64,000 bases of DNA from an uncultured Verrucomicrobiae bacterium (GCA_963772365.1 CAVYXA010000005.1:192001-256000), one strand, 5' to 3'. Shown: positions 1-10,532, numbered from the stretch's first letter. The notes: generated by a model from the sequence alone, not told the origin. Numbers and translations: made by a program.

Positions 1-679
1 CGTCGACAGCATCGAGATGGTCATTGATCGATCCAGGAATTTTTCCAAAATGCGGCAGATACAGGTGCGCAGCATTCAGGGCGCGGATTTTCCGGATCGA
101 GTCGCGCCACGATTCAACATGCAACTCAGGTGGAACAAACGGCGGAATCGGCGGGCCATTGCCGATGCGGACTCCCGCAATATCCCCGCCGAACACGACA
201 TCCTCCCAATGATAAACATGATGATGACTGGCATGGCCGGGAGTTGCGATGGCGCGAATTTCGAAAGGCGCGATGTGCACGGTATCGTTGTCCTCCAGAA
301 TCTTTACGCATTCGGCTGGAACTGGCGCAATTTTTCCCCAAAGTCGGTCCATCTCGTCACCAAAAATGCGCGTGGCCGATTCAATTAGCTTTCCCGGATC
401 GATTAAGTGCGGCGCCCCTCGCGGATGAACGTAAATTGTCGATCCTAGCTCGGCGAAGCGCCATGCCGCCCCGGCGTGATCGAAATGGATGTGACTAACA
501 AAGACGTGACGAACGTCCTCGGGTGCAAAACCAATCTTGCCAAGATCGACAGCGACATTGTCAAAAGTCGATTCCGGGCCGGAATCGAAAAGAGCAATCC
601 CGTCATTTATCTCCAGCGCAGTCGCGGCGATGATGCCGGGGTGGCCGAGCTGGCGGGTATCTAGGACGTGAATTTTCAA
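1..679 (-). CDS. MBL-fold metallo-hydrolase (partial, 3' end outside window)
   Basis: Hand translation of the minus strand from TTG at 679 gives MKIHVLDT...SHIHFDHAG...TPGHASHH...GGDIAG...LPHFG, with HxHxDH and the downstream H/D/H motifs. Not in the ORF track because it has no stop in the window. Confidence 0.85.
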   Translation of the reverse strand, partial: MKIHVLDTRQLGHPGIIAATALEINDGIALFDSGPESTFDNVAVDLGKIGFAPEDVRHVFVSHIHFDHAGAAWRFAELGSTIYVHPRGAPHLIDPGKLIESATRIFGDEMDRLWGKIAPVPAECVKILEDNDTVHIAPFEIRAIATPGHASHHHVYHWEDVVFGGDIAGVRIGNGPPIPPFVPPELHVESWRDSIRKIRALNAAHLYLPHFGKIPGSINDHLDAVD

Positions 680-797
680 ACGGTAAGGGTTTCGTTCCCC
701 AGCAACGATGTACGCCGCCTTGGAAATGCGCAAACCCCGTGGGCTCTTGGCGTTCGCCTACGGTCAATCCATTCGCCTCAACTGTGCAGACGTCTCA

Positions 798-1394
798 TCA
801 GGCGGTCTGTGAAGCGCGCCTGCCCAGAGTGAGTGCTGCGATAATGCCAACGATCAGGAAACCGATAATTTGTATAAACATGTAGGCGGCGGTGTATCGC
901 TTCGGGAAACCGTACCAATTGCAATACGAAACATTGGTAGCGATCGCGGCCAAAACGCCGGCCCAAAAAACGAAAGCAACGCGGCCAAAAAAACTCTCGA
1001 TTCGCGTCTGAGCCAGGAGAAAAACGACGATGAGTGCTTCGATAAGTTCCGTGACGAACTCGATACCGAGTAATTTGCCGAATACGAAGTGCCGGGTCGG
1101 ATGATAAAGCAAAAGCCCCGACGGACCGGTGCCGGCTTTACCCATGGCGAGTTTCATTGCCTCCTGCTTTTCCTGACGTGAGGCATTTGGGCCAGCTTTG
1201 TATCCGGGAAAAGCGTAAAGGCCTTGGGCGTCGCCGAGATTCGTCTTCATGGCGTCGAGCATTGGCGCTTCGGCGTCAGTTCGGAACTGACGGATCCCGA
1301 TCTCGCCCAGAGGCAGCAAATCGTGAGCAATGAAACTCCAGATGAACATGCCAATGGCGCTCAAAATACCAGCCAGAATGATGCGTGTTGTCAT
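798..1394 (-). CDS. Hypothetical membrane protein (about 4 TM segments)
   Basis: 198-aa ORF with several hydrophobic helices. Confidence 0.7.
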   Translation of the reverse strand: MTTRIILAGILSAIGMFIWSFIAHDLLPLGEIGIRQFRTDAEAPMLDAMKTNLGDAQGLYAFPGYKAGPNASRQEKQEAMKLAMGKAGTGPSGLLLYHPTRHFVFGKLLGIEFVTELIEALIVVFLLAQTRIESFFGRVAFVFWAGVLAAIATNVSYCNWYGFPKRYTAAYMFIQIIGFLIVGIIAALTLGRRASQTA

Positions 1395-1477
1395 AAGTAC
1401 CTCCGATTCAAAGGGCAGGAATTATGAACAGGAAAGGCTACCCGGGGGAAGCTAAAAATGATGATCCGGAACCGGAC

Positions 1478-1849
1478 CTATTTCCTAAAATCAAGCGCGC
1501 CTTTCCTGAGGGCGTAAATGTATCCCACCGTCAGGATCGAGATGAAGCTCAGCATGCTCCAGAAAATCAGAGTCCCGTGCTTGATCGCGTCGCGATAGAC
1601 GACGGCCCACGGATACATGAAAACAATTTCGAGGTCGAACAGGATAAAAAGCATCGCCACCAAATAAAACTTCACGCTGAAGCGCGGTTGCGCTTCACCC
1701 TGCGGGATCATGCCGCATTCGTAAGCAGTATCTTTGGCCCGGCTCCGTTTCCCGCTCTTGCCGACCAGCACACTGACAAGTAACGCGCTTCCCGCAAAGC
1801 CGATCGCTACCAGGATCTGCAACAGAATCGGCAGATACTCGTGGAGCAT
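1478..1849 (-). CDS. nuoA: NADH-quinone oxidoreductase subunit A
   Basis: YECG...RFSVKFYLVAMLFILFDLEIVFMYPWA motif. Confidence 0.95.
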   Translation of the reverse strand: MLHEYLPILLQILVAIGFAGSALLVSVLVGKSGKRSRAKDTAYECGMIPQGEAQPRFSVKFYLVAMLFILFDLEIVFMYPWAVVYRDAIKHGTLIFWSMLSFISILTVGYIYALRKGALDFRK

Positions 1850-1893
1850 AGCGGTTTTCCTTAAAACCGGTCAGGACGGCGTTCCGTCAACTA

Positions 1894-2229
1894 CTATTTC
1901 GCCCCTGCCGGGACATGCCCGTTTTGGGGCGCAATCGCAGCTGCCAGGGCTGAAGGAAGACCTTTATATTTCTTGCCATTCTTTTTGACCGCTCCACGTG
2001 CTACGAGGTTTTGCAATTTTTCGTAAGCGCGCAGGCGCAGCATTTCCTCACCGCCGCTGGCGGCATTTCGTGCCCTCAGGTTTTCGTGGACGATGTCGAA
2101 GAGTTGCTTGAACTCGAAGGAGGCGCGCCTGGAAAGCACCGCCACAAGTTCCTCGGTAACAAGGTCCGGGACGCGACGGGAAAACGCATTTTTCTTAAGA
2201 ATAGCCATAGGGGCAGAAGAATAACACAT
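1894..2229 (-). CDS. Small basic hypothetical protein (possible winged-helix fold)
   Basis: Coherent ORF (SGGEEMLRLRAYEKLQNLV...GAVKK); real start probably at the internal MAILKK. Confidence 0.6.
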   Translation of the reverse strand: MCYSSAPMAILKKNAFSRRVPDLVTEELVAVLSRRASFEFKQLFDIVHENLRARNAASGGEEMLRLRAYEKLQNLVARGAVKKNGKKYKGLPSALAAAIAPQNGHVPAGAK

Positions 2230-2320
2230 TTTGGCCGGTTAGCAGCACTTTTCTTTTGTCAGTTGCCAGTAGGCGAAGAGGGTCGAAATGACCCTGTCTC
2301 CGCTCTGGGAGCGTCTGTGT

Positions 2321-4099
2321 TTACGGCGTTACGGTAGGGCTCGGAGAAGGCGTCGGAGTGGGTAAACTCCTGTTGGTCGTCCCAAGATATTTAGCAGCGC
2401 CTTTCGCCTCATTTGCGACCGCAATGCTAGCGATGGCTAAGCCGAGCGTTGCCTGACCTAATGTCACCGGGCCGGCCGACTCGGTGACGTAACCATCATG
2501 ATCATATCTTTGGGAGGAAACGATCGGGCTAAGGTGTCTTGTGACGACTTCCGTTTCCGGAAACTTGGCAAGATCGACATACTCATTGACATCGCGCATA
2601 AATGCCGCAGCCATCAATAACAACGGACGAAATGTCGTATCCAGCCGCGTATATAGCAGTTGAGTATCGAGGTAGGCGAAAAAATTGGTGGGCGTGGGAA
2701 CGGAACGAGCGGTCGTTTTGTATCTGTCTTGCTTTGCCAGTTGCGACGTCGAATCGCGGCTGCGTTTGATCGCATCCTCGACCGAAGTTGAATCAAGGCC
2801 GAGAATGAAAAGCCGGTCCGACAAAGCAATCGTCGGCTGAATGGCTATGAGCGTAGCGGGAGATTGCATCGAAAAATAGCGCACGCCTTCTTTTTCAGTT
2901 CGGTTCCAGGATGAATCTTCATCTACGCGCAGAAGGGCGTCGACGATTTTGGTGGCCTTCTTCGGATCGAGCACCGGCAATGTAATCAGGAGCGACGGAA
3001 AACGGGTATTCTCTGGCCAATCTGCTAATGCTCCCAGCTCGAGACCGAATGCCATTTTCCAATCCTGAGCCGTAATGCCATTTTGGGCGAAAGTTTGAAA
3101 TAGCTTTTGCAGCCGATCGCCGAGACCTGGCGCCTGGCTGAGGATGTCGATCTTTTCGCCCAGGTTAAGCAGGCTCGCGAGATACAAAAACGTGTTAGTG
3201 GTTCCCAGCGCCAAAGACGATTCAGTCAGCGCAGGCATCTGCTGGACCTTGGGCAGTCCCAGAAAGAGCGTGTCGTGAATCTTGCCGCCGTCGAAACGAA
3301 TCGCGCCGCAAACGCTCCGAATTTGCTCGATCAGCGTGCGCTGGGCCGGACTAACTGGGGAACCGACAACCGCTCGAAGCTCTTGTAATTGCCGGGCGAA
3401 TGTTTTGGGTTGTAGATAAAAAACTGCCGAATACGTCGAGGGCATATGCGCCATGGCTGCGCGATACGCCTCGCTAGCTTCCAGCGTCGTTTCCCGGTCG
3501 CGCTTTCGTTGATCGACTCGATCCAGTAAAGTTTTCAGTTCTGCAAGATCGTTACCGGTGAAAAACCACTGGCCATCAAAAGCCGAGAGTAACGTGAAAG
3601 CCTCCACTTTGAGACTGTCGATCCTGTGCCGCTCGTACTGGATTGTTTCTCGGTTCGCGACGGAACTATTCGCCAGAAGCTTGCCCCGCCACTTTTCGAT
3701 AAATGTTTCTGCGGTCTTGTGACTTTCGCGAAAATGAAATCCGGCAGCGAAAGTGAGATTGCTTTGGTCAACGCGGGTCAAGGCGAAAAAGAGATCTCTC
3801 GCGCCAAGTTGGCCGAGTTCCTGAAAAGCCTCGGAAGCATCGTTTTTTCTAGGAAGTTGCGAGAGCGGTTTGCGCAAGAAATCCTGCACAGCAGGCTCGC
3901 GATACAGTTGGCAAAGATCGGATTGATGCCAACGGTCGCGGGTCCGATTAAAGTCCTGTACGTGAAACAGAAAAACAGTCTGGCGGGGCAGGATCCCGCT
4001 CACCGCCGCGGCCGGAACTATTTGGCTGAGTCGGAATAGGTACCAGGCGACAGCTCCCACGACGACGATCGCTGCCACTCCCCACAAAATTCGTTTCAT
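2321..4099 (-). CDS. N-terminally anchored hypothetical protein (DUF3352-like)
   Basis: 592-aa ORF, N-terminal TM segment, Pro/Thr-rich tail; family assignment tentative. Confidence 0.65.
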   Translation of the reverse strand: MKRILWGVAAIVVVGAVAWYLFRLSQIVPAAAVSGILPRQTVFLFHVQDFNRTRDRWHQSDLCQLYREPAVQDFLRKPLSQLPRKNDASEAFQELGQLGARDLFFALTRVDQSNLTFAAGFHFRESHKTAETFIEKWRGKLLANSSVANRETIQYERHRIDSLKVEAFTLLSAFDGQWFFTGNDLAELKTLLDRVDQRKRDRETTLEASEAYRAAMAHMPSTYSAVFYLQPKTFARQLQELRAVVGSPVSPAQRTLIEQIRSVCGAIRFDGGKIHDTLFLGLPKVQQMPALTESSLALGTTNTFLYLASLLNLGEKIDILSQAPGLGDRLQKLFQTFAQNGITAQDWKMAFGLELGALADWPENTRFPSLLITLPVLDPKKATKIVDALLRVDEDSSWNRTEKEGVRYFSMQSPATLIAIQPTIALSDRLFILGLDSTSVEDAIKRSRDSTSQLAKQDRYKTTARSVPTPTNFFAYLDTQLLYTRLDTTFRPLLLMAAAFMRDVNEYVDLAKFPETEVVTRHLSPIVSSQRYDHDGYVTESAGPVTLGQATLGLAIASIAVANEAKGAAKYLGTTNRSLPTPTPSPSPTVTP

Positions 4100-4146
4100 G
4101 AGTCAGGGATGCTAGATGCTGGCTGGTCAATGGCAAACCAGAACCC

Positions 4147-5076
4147 CTATGCGCGCGGATGAAATCGATGGTGAACAGCTTTCAGGCGCTGTTGATCGAC
4201 ATGAGTGTAAACCTGGGTCGTGGAAATATCGGCATGCCCCAGCATTTCCTGGATGATTCGCAGATCCGCGCCATTGCCGAGCAGATGCGTGGCGAAACTG
4301 TGCCGAAGCAAATGCGGATAGATGTTTTTTTCCAAACCCGACCGGCTAGCGTATTTCTTAACGATTTGCCAAATCCGGACAGTAGTGAGTTTTGCGCCTC
4401 GCTCGGACAGAAAAATTTGTGTACCACTTCGGCGCTTTACCAGTTTCGGGCGTTCAGTGGACAGATAAGCCGCAACGGCTTCCGCGGCTTTTCGACCTAC
4501 GGGAACCAGGCGCGTCTTGTTTCCTTTTCCGGTCACGCGCAGAATTCGCTCTTCCGAATCAAAATTTTCCAGCCTGGCGTTCGACAGCTCCGAAATGCGC
4601 AATCCGCTGGCGTAAAGCAGTTCGACCATGGCCCGGTCGCGTAGACCGAGAGTTGTTTTGGTATCGATGCTTTCAATCAACTGCTCCACCTGCAATTCAT
4701 TCAAAGTCTCCGGCAAATAACGCTCGATTCGGGGAAGGGCGACCGCTTCGGTGGGGTCGCGTTCCACATCTCCTTTGCCGAGTAGAAAGCGAAAGAAAAT
4801 CTTGAGCGCGACGACAATCAATTTTATGGAAGCCGCGGAAAGTCCTCCGCGCTTCCGATCGGCAAGATATTCGCTGACGAGCGGCAAAGTCACGGCTCGA
4901 GCATTGTCGATCTTCTTTTTCGACCGACACCAGCGCGCGAATTCGCTCAATGACCGTTGGGTCGAAAGCTGATAATTTTCGGAGAGACCGCGTTCGACGG
5001 CGAGATAGCGAATAAACGTATCGATCGCCTGCTCCACGGAGTGCACCATGCCGCATCGAGCATTGTCGATCAACAA
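4147..5076 (-). CDS. xerD: Tyrosine recombinase, XerD-like
   Basis: GLRISEL, GKGNKTR, HLLRHSFATH, LGHADISTTQVYTH and C-terminal HPRA. Confidence 0.88.
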   Translation of the reverse strand: MLIDNARCGMVHSVEQAIDTFIRYLAVERGLSENYQLSTQRSLSEFARWCRSKKKIDNARAVTLPLVSEYLADRKRGGLSAASIKLIVVALKIFFRFLLGKGDVERDPTEAVALPRIERYLPETLNELQVEQLIESIDTKTTLGLRDRAMVELLYASGLRISELSNARLENFDSEERILRVTGKGNKTRLVPVGRKAAEAVAAYLSTERPKLVKRRSGTQIFLSERGAKLTTVRIWQIVKKYASRSGLEKNIYPHLLRHSFATHLLGNGADLRIIQEMLGHADISTTQVYTHVDQQRLKAVHHRFHPRA

Positions 5077-5149
5077 ATTGGCCCGGAAATTGTCTGATCT
5101 GCAGAGTTATTGACAACTCAACGTTAAATGTCGGATGCTTTAAACCGGG

Positions 5150-5896
5150 ATGAGTCTGGATCTAAACACGATTCTGAGGGATTGGCCGCACGAGAACGGG
5201 AAAATTAAGGTGCGCAAAATTGTTGGGCTGGATGGCCGCGAGAAGTTGCAATTGCGGATTGATCTCGGAGTTTTGCAAATGGAGTTGATCGGGCGTCCGG
5301 ACGGAGTTCGACCGCACGGATGTGAATCGCTCCTGGAATATCATCAAACGCGTGCGGAACAGGCGTTGAAACGCGGAGAAAATTATCAACTCACGATGGA
5401 GCAATGCGCGGAACTGCAACAGGAAGGGATCCAATATTACCATCGATATCTGAGTCTGTTCCAGATCAACGATTTCCCCAGTGTTGTGCGCGACACGCAA
5501 CGAAACCTCGATCTGTTCGATTTCGTGGCGGAACATACAGACCGCGAAGAGCTAAGCTGGAACCTGCAACAATTCCGGCCTTATGTGCTGATGATGAACA
5601 CGCGCGCCAAAGCTTCCATTCTGCTCGCTCAAGGGAAATTTCCGGAAGCAATGCGTGAGATCCAAGCCGGACGCGATACGATTGCGGGTTTTTTCGAGCA
5701 ATCGAATTTCCCCGAGCTGGTCTCGAAAAGTTCTGAGATCGCGTTTCTGGACGAATGGCTGGAGGAAGTCAGGGCCAAACGCCCGCTCTCGAAGCTGGAG
5801 ATCATGGAGCGCGAAATGGAGACGGCCATAGCCAAGGAACTCTACGAGCGCGCCGCTGAGCTGCGCGACGCCATCCGGCTCCTGAAAAAGGCCTGA
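5150..5896 (+). CDS. UvrB/UvrC (UVR) motif-containing protein
   Basis: C-terminal EMETAIAKELYERAAELRDAIR coiled-coil motif. Confidence 0.8.
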   Translation: MSLDLNTILRDWPHENGKIKVRKIVGLDGREKLQLRIDLGVLQMELIGRPDGVRPHGCESLLEYHQTRAEQALKRGENYQLTMEQCAELQQEGIQYYHRYLSLFQINDFPSVVRDTQRNLDLFDFVAEHTDREELSWNLQQFRPYVLMMNTRAKASILLAQGKFPEAMREIQAGRDTIAGFFEQSNFPELVSKSSEIAFLDEWLEEVRAKRPLSKLEIMEREMETAIAKELYERAAELRDAIRLLKKA

Positions 5897-6030
5897 TTTT
5901 CGAGCCAGTCCACCGCTCGTTCCTCCAAGTCCTGTCGACTTGGTTATTTTGTGCTTGCTATTTGTTAACGGCGGTCGCAAACCGGAACCGATCTATGATC
6001 AGTGCCAATTCGGCCTAGGAGGCTACTACT

Positions 6031-6475
6031 ATGAACCGATTTCTAATCGCGATTTTAGCTTTGGTTGGGATCAGTATCGTACCTGTCCGCTTTTACTCTA
6101 ATCAGGGTATCTAAGCCACAAACGGGACCGACCATATCGAAGGACTCCCCGGTTACTATCAAACTTACCTGCGATGACCAAAAGCTCGTCAAAATTAAGA
6201 ATGGTGGTGATCCAAAAACAATTGCGAGCTTCGAATCTCTTTTGGACAAGGTCCAAACTTCTAACGGCACCAACGATGACTCGTCGGTGACAATAAAATA
6301 TTACGACGGAACCCAATGGTTGCAGGTAGATGGACCCCCGTTTGCCGGGAAGACACCTGTGCCGATCCAACAACCTGCTAGTATGCACGTCACCCAACGA
6401 TTAACTTTCAACAACCTGGCCGATATGCAGGCGGTGCTGGACCAGATCGAAGGTCCTCCACCCTCCTGCCCATAA
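6031..6475 (+). CDS. Small secreted protein (frameshift near 6068)
   Basis: AGGAGG RBS then ATG at 6031 (MNRFLIAILALVG). Removing one G from the GGG run joins it to ORF 6065..6475. Confidence 0.6.
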
Positions 6476-6529
6476 ATAGTACAGGAAATTGCGACATCGG
6501 ACCTTCGCAATTTTAAACGGGCATTCTCG

Positions 6530-7126
6530 GTGCGCTTTTATAAGTCTTGGTTCGTTCTCCATTTTCTCTTTGTCGCTATGATCTGTTGCCGTGAGGCATT
6601 TTGGGTAATTGCGCATACATCGACAATTGTTCCGAACTATTTGGTCAGGCTCGTAGACGAAGCTGAACCGGTTGTAGCTGCGGCGGTCGGGCAGAGAATG
6701 AACTATTCGAATCCGATTCGCCGCGGCCTTTTCACGTATTTCCACTTCGCGGGAATCGATCACGGCTATGGCTATTTTGCGCCGAATATCCCCGGCAGCT
6801 ATAAGCTTGTGTTCGAGCTTCGTTATGCTGGCGGCCGGACAGAATACGAGCTGCCTTGCCTGAAAAGCTACCAGGGTGATTTAACTCTTTCCACGTTGCT
6901 GGATACAGTTGGTCGGTCAGAATCCGAGCGGCTGCGCGCCTATCTGATTCGCGGTCTCGTCCGTTCGATTTGGCAGAAGCATCCGGATGCGAATTCGATC
7001 CGGGCTATTCTTGGTGTGAGCACCTTGCCCACGATGGAGCAATTCCGAAACGGCCAGCGAGCGTCCTACCAGTTTTTGCATGCGTATGACTTCAATCGCT
7101 CCCAGATATCCGCAGCCGCTAATTAG
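6530..7126 (+). CDS. SdpA/DUF5819-like partner of HTTM protein
   Basis: N-terminal TM segment and GIDHGYGYFAPN motif, directly upstream of the HTTM gene. Confidence 0.55.
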   Translation: MRFYKSWFVLHFLFVAMICCREAFWVIAHTSTIVPNYLVRLVDEAEPVVAAAVGQRMNYSNPIRRGLFTYFHFAGIDHGYGYFAPNIPGSYKLVFELRYAGGRTEYELPCLKSYQGDLTLSTLLDTVGRSESERLRAYLIRGLVRSIWQKHPDANSIRAILGVSTLPTMEQFRNGQRASYQFLHAYDFNRSQISAAAN

Positions 7127-8108
7127 TGAGTCGTTAACCAGAATTTGGTGCGGCCTGACGAATTTTCTCTTTTCACCAAGCACAGACTCCTGGCTAACGG
7201 TTTTAAGAGTTGGTTTGGGACTCCAAGTTGTCCTCTACACGCTATTATTCTCCGGGAGTTGGCTAGCTGGCATCGACCAAGGCTTCGTCGGCCGAGCATT
7301 CTCTGAGGCTCTTCTGTCGAGAGAAAGCCCTTTCATTCCACACATCGGCTGGTTGGTCATGATGGGAGAGCAATGCGGGCTTTGCGAACATACTGTGCTT
7401 TCCATGACGTTGTGGTTCTTGCTTGCTGCCGGATGGGGTTTGTTGCTCGGCGTTTTCAGTCGGCCGTGCGCTGTTCTTGCGTGGTTTCTGCACCTTTGCG
7501 CTGCCAATAGTGCAGACCTCATTTCGTACGGAGTGGACAGTTTCATGACGATTGGGCTGTTCTATCTGATGCTGGCTCCGCTGCCGGATCGCTTCGCCTT
7601 CGAGCATCGCTGGCGAGCTCGGCACAAACAAGATCGACAACTTCCGGGGTTTTGGCGCCGGGTCTTGCAGGTGCATCTCTGCTTCATCTATTTCTTTAGC
7701 GGCTTGTCCAAAGCTCTGGGGAGCGGCTGGTGGAACGGTGAGAGCCTGTGGCGTGCCCTAACGAGACCTCCGTTTAATCTCGTCCCGGCCGAAATCTTGA
7801 TTCACGGGAACTACTTGTTCCCCGTGGCCAGCATTTCGGTGCTCCTTTTGGAGGTGGGTTATCCGCTGGCGATTTGGTGGAGGAGGACGCGCACGACGTG
7901 GCTTCTTTGTATTATTGCACTTCACATCGGCATTGGTCTGGCGATGGGAATGTATTTGTTCTCGCTTGTCATGATTATTTTGAATGTGGCTGCGTTTGGT
8001 TCCGGGTTCCTGGACAAGAAGGAATTCGCCCGACCCGAAACAGCGCACAGCGTCGGACCAGCAAATTTTCGACAAGCCTGTTTGGGCTCGACCAACACGA
8101 CGAATTAG
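7080..8108 (+). CDS. HTTM-domain membrane protein (SdpB / vitamin K-dependent carboxylase-like)
   Basis: LRVGLG, SYGVD, LQVHLCFIYFFSGLSK..GSGWWNGE, LLLEVGYP and LHIGIGLAMGM motifs; exact start uncertain. Confidence 0.8.
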   Translation: MRMTSIAPRYPQPLISESLTRIWCGLTNFLFSPSTDSWLTVLRVGLGLQVVLYTLLFSGSWLAGIDQGFVGRAFSEALLSRESPFIPHIGWLVMMGEQCGLCEHTVLSMTLWFLLAAGWGLLLGVFSRPCAVLAWFLHLCAANSADLISYGVDSFMTIGLFYLMLAPLPDRFAFEHRWRARHKQDRQLPGFWRRVLQVHLCFIYFFSGLSKALGSGWWNGESLWRALTRPPFNLVPAEILIHGNYLFPVASISVLLLEVGYPLAIWWRRTRTTWLLCIIALHIGIGLAMGMYLFSLVMIILNVAAFGSGFLDKKEFARPETAHSVGPANFRQACLGSTNTTN

Positions 8109-8135
8109 CCGTAGATTCTGATCTACTGCCCGAGA

Positions 8136-10532
8136 TTGAGCGCGCACGATATCTCTGCTGACAGCAAACCCGATCTCCCACTCGAGATCGCACACTTGTT
8201 GTTAATCGACCTCGTCGGTTATTCAAAATTACTCCTGAACGAACAAGTCGATCACTTGCGCAAATTGACTCGGATAGTTCGCGAGACTCGCTGTTTCCGC
8301 GAGGCCGAGGAAAGCGGGAAACTGGTTCGGCTGCCTACAGGCGATGGAATGGCGCTGCTATTCTATCGCAATCCCGAAGAGCCGGTGCTCTGTGCGCTGG
8401 AGATTAGCCAAGGGCTAAAAGCCTGCCCCAATATTCACGTCCGAATGGGGATTCACAGCGGTCCGATCACAACCATTCAGGATGTTAACGAAAAACTGAA
8501 CATCGCCGGCGGCGGTATCAATGTCGCGCAGCGAGTGATGGATTGCGGAGACGCGGGCCACATTCTGGTCTCAAAACATGTAGCCGAAGATTTGGCCGAA
8601 TATCGACACTGGCAGCCGTATCTAAAGGATCTGGGAGAATGCGAAACGAAGCATGGCTTGCGATTGCATATCTTTAATCTTTGCAAGGATGATCTCGGCA
8701 ATCCGGCTATTCCCGAAAAACTTCGTGGTCGAAAAGGCCACTTAGCGACAGAAAGGCGCGCGGTTTTTCCGGCTGCCTGGCAAAAATGGGCCTTGTCGAT
8801 CCTTCTGGCGGCGGGCATCGCAGCGGCCACCTTGTCGATCTTCTTCCATCGCGGTCCTCTACCGCAGTTCTCCGATAAGAGCATCGCAGTTTTGCCCTTT
8901 CAAGACCTGAGTGATGAGAAGGAGAACGCATTTTTTGCCGAAGGCATGCAGGAAGAAATCCTGACCGCGCTGGCTCGTGTGGCTGACCTGAAAGTCATCA
9001 GCCGCACTTCGGTGATGCAATTTCCAGCCGATGCGAAACGCAATCTGCGCGAGATCGCACGGTCTCTTGGTGTCGCCAATATTCTGGAAGGGAGCGTGCA
9101 GCGACTGGGGGAACGGGTGAAAGTCTATGCGCAGCTGGTCGATGCCCGCACCGATACGCAGCTTTGGGCAAATAAATACGAGCGGCCACTCAAAGATGTA
9201 TTCGCCATTCAAAGTGAAGTCGCGGAAAACATCGTTTCCGAGCTCAAGAGTAAACTGTCGCCGCCTGAAAAAGCTGCGATTGAGCGGCCGCCGACGAGCG
9301 ATCTTTTGGCCTACGATCTTTACACGCGTGCCAAGACCATCATTCTGGAGGTGATAACCGTTGAACTAAGTTCTGAAAGACTGGCCGACGCAGTCGGTCT
9401 CCTTGAGAAAGCCGTAAAACGAGACCCGGCATTTCTCCTCGCTTATTATCAATTGGCCAATGCTCATGACGAGTTCTATCACCTAGGATACGACCATACG
9501 GCTGGCCGACTTGCGCTGGCGGAGACAGCTATTGAATCAATGGAGCGATTGCGGCCTGGGGCGGGTGAGACACATCTCGCTCGGGCTCGGCATCTGTACT
9601 GGGGATACATGGATTACGATCGAGCGCGAGCAGAGCTTCAGCTTGCGCGAGCGAAACTGCCAAATGATCCCTCGGTGTTCCTGTTCACCGGTTATATCGA
9701 TCGTCGCCAGGGCCGCTGGCAGGAATCAACCATGAACATGGAGCGTGCATTGGAACTCGACCCCCGAAATCTTCTCGTTCTTCAGCAAATGTCGCTGACC
9801 TACGAAAGCCTTCGCCGCTATGCCGATCAAGCCGAGATCCTGGATCGCGCGGTCCAAATTGCTCCCGGGCAGCTGGGTCTGAGGATTCAGCGGGCCTCTG
9901 TCGATCTAAACTGGCGAGCGGATTCAAAGCCGCTCCACGCGGCAATCGATGCGATCCTGGCCGCAAAGTCCGAATCGATTTCCGAGATAGGCGATCAATG
10001 GCTTTACCTGGCGCTTTGTGAGCGGGACAAAACCGCGGCACAGCGCGCATTGAATGTCATGTTGCCCGATGGATGCAATCGCGATGGCATCCCGTTTCCC
10101 GTCGCTTGGTGCGAGGCGATGGCCGCCCGCACTAGCGGTGACGCTGAAGCAGCGCGCAACGCTTTTCTCCGGGCTCGAATTGATGTGGATCAAATCGCGC
10201 GGAACGAACCGAAGTTCGCAAAAGCAATCTGTGCTCTCGGTCTGATCGACGCCGCGCTGGGGTACAACGAGGAGGCTGTGAAAGAGGGGCAACGCGCGAC
10301 CGAGCTTCTGCCGGTTTCGAAGGATGTTGTCGATGGCTCGCTATTGGTTCAGTACCTCGCCATTATTTACGCGTGGACAGGCGATAAAGATGCGGCTCTG
10401 GATCAGCTCACTCTGGTGGCAACGCTGCCCGGCTATTTAAGTTATGGACACTTACGCTTGCATCCGTTCTGGGATCCGTTACGCGGCGATCGGCGATTTG
10501 AAAAAATTGTTGAATCGCTCGCGCCCAAGTAA
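8136..10532 (+). CDS. Class III nucleotide cyclase + TM + TolB-like + TPR protein
   Basis: IDLVGYS, TGDG, RMGIHSG, INVAQRV; KSIAVLPF...VISRTS; TPR repeats; WDPLRGDRRF. Confidence 0.88.
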   Translation: MSAHDISADSKPDLPLEIAHLLLIDLVGYSKLLLNEQVDHLRKLTRIVRETRCFREAEESGKLVRLPTGDGMALLFYRNPEEPVLCALEISQGLKACPNIHVRMGIHSGPITTIQDVNEKLNIAGGGINVAQRVMDCGDAGHILVSKHVAEDLAEYRHWQPYLKDLGECETKHGLRLHIFNLCKDDLGNPAIPEKLRGRKGHLATERRAVFPAAWQKWALSILLAAGIAAATLSIFFHRGPLPQFSDKSIAVLPFQDLSDEKENAFFAEGMQEEILTALARVADLKVISRTSVMQFPADAKRNLREIARSLGVANILEGSVQRLGERVKVYAQLVDARTDTQLWANKYERPLKDVFAIQSEVAENIVSELKSKLSPPEKAAIERPPTSDLLAYDLYTRAKTIILEVITVELSSERLADAVGLLEKAVKRDPAFLLAYYQLANAHDEFYHLGYDHTAGRLALAETAIESMERLRPGAGETHLARARHLYWGYMDYDRARAELQLARAKLPNDPSVFLFTGYIDRRQGRWQESTMNMERALELDPRNLLVLQQMSLTYESLRRYADQAEILDRAVQIAPGQLGLRIQRASVDLNWRADSKPLHAAIDAILAAKSESISEIGDQWLYLALCERDKTAAQRALNVMLPDGCNRDGIPFPVAWCEAMAARTSGDAEAARNAFLRARIDVDQIARNEPKFAKAICALGLIDAALGYNEEAVKEGQRATELLPVSKDVVDGSLLVQYLAIIYAWTGDKDAALDQLTLVATLPGYLSYGHLRLHPFWDPLRGDRRFEKIVESLAPK

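Noticed and set aside
4147..5076. Integrase of a prophage, island or integron
   Set aside because: The sequence is typical housekeeping XerD-like; no phage genes, att sites or attC cassettes were recognised.
5960..6030. c-di-GMP riboswitch hinted by GCAAACC
   Set aside because: It lacks the GAAA-loop P2 and the GACGCAAAGC core; no convincing fold.
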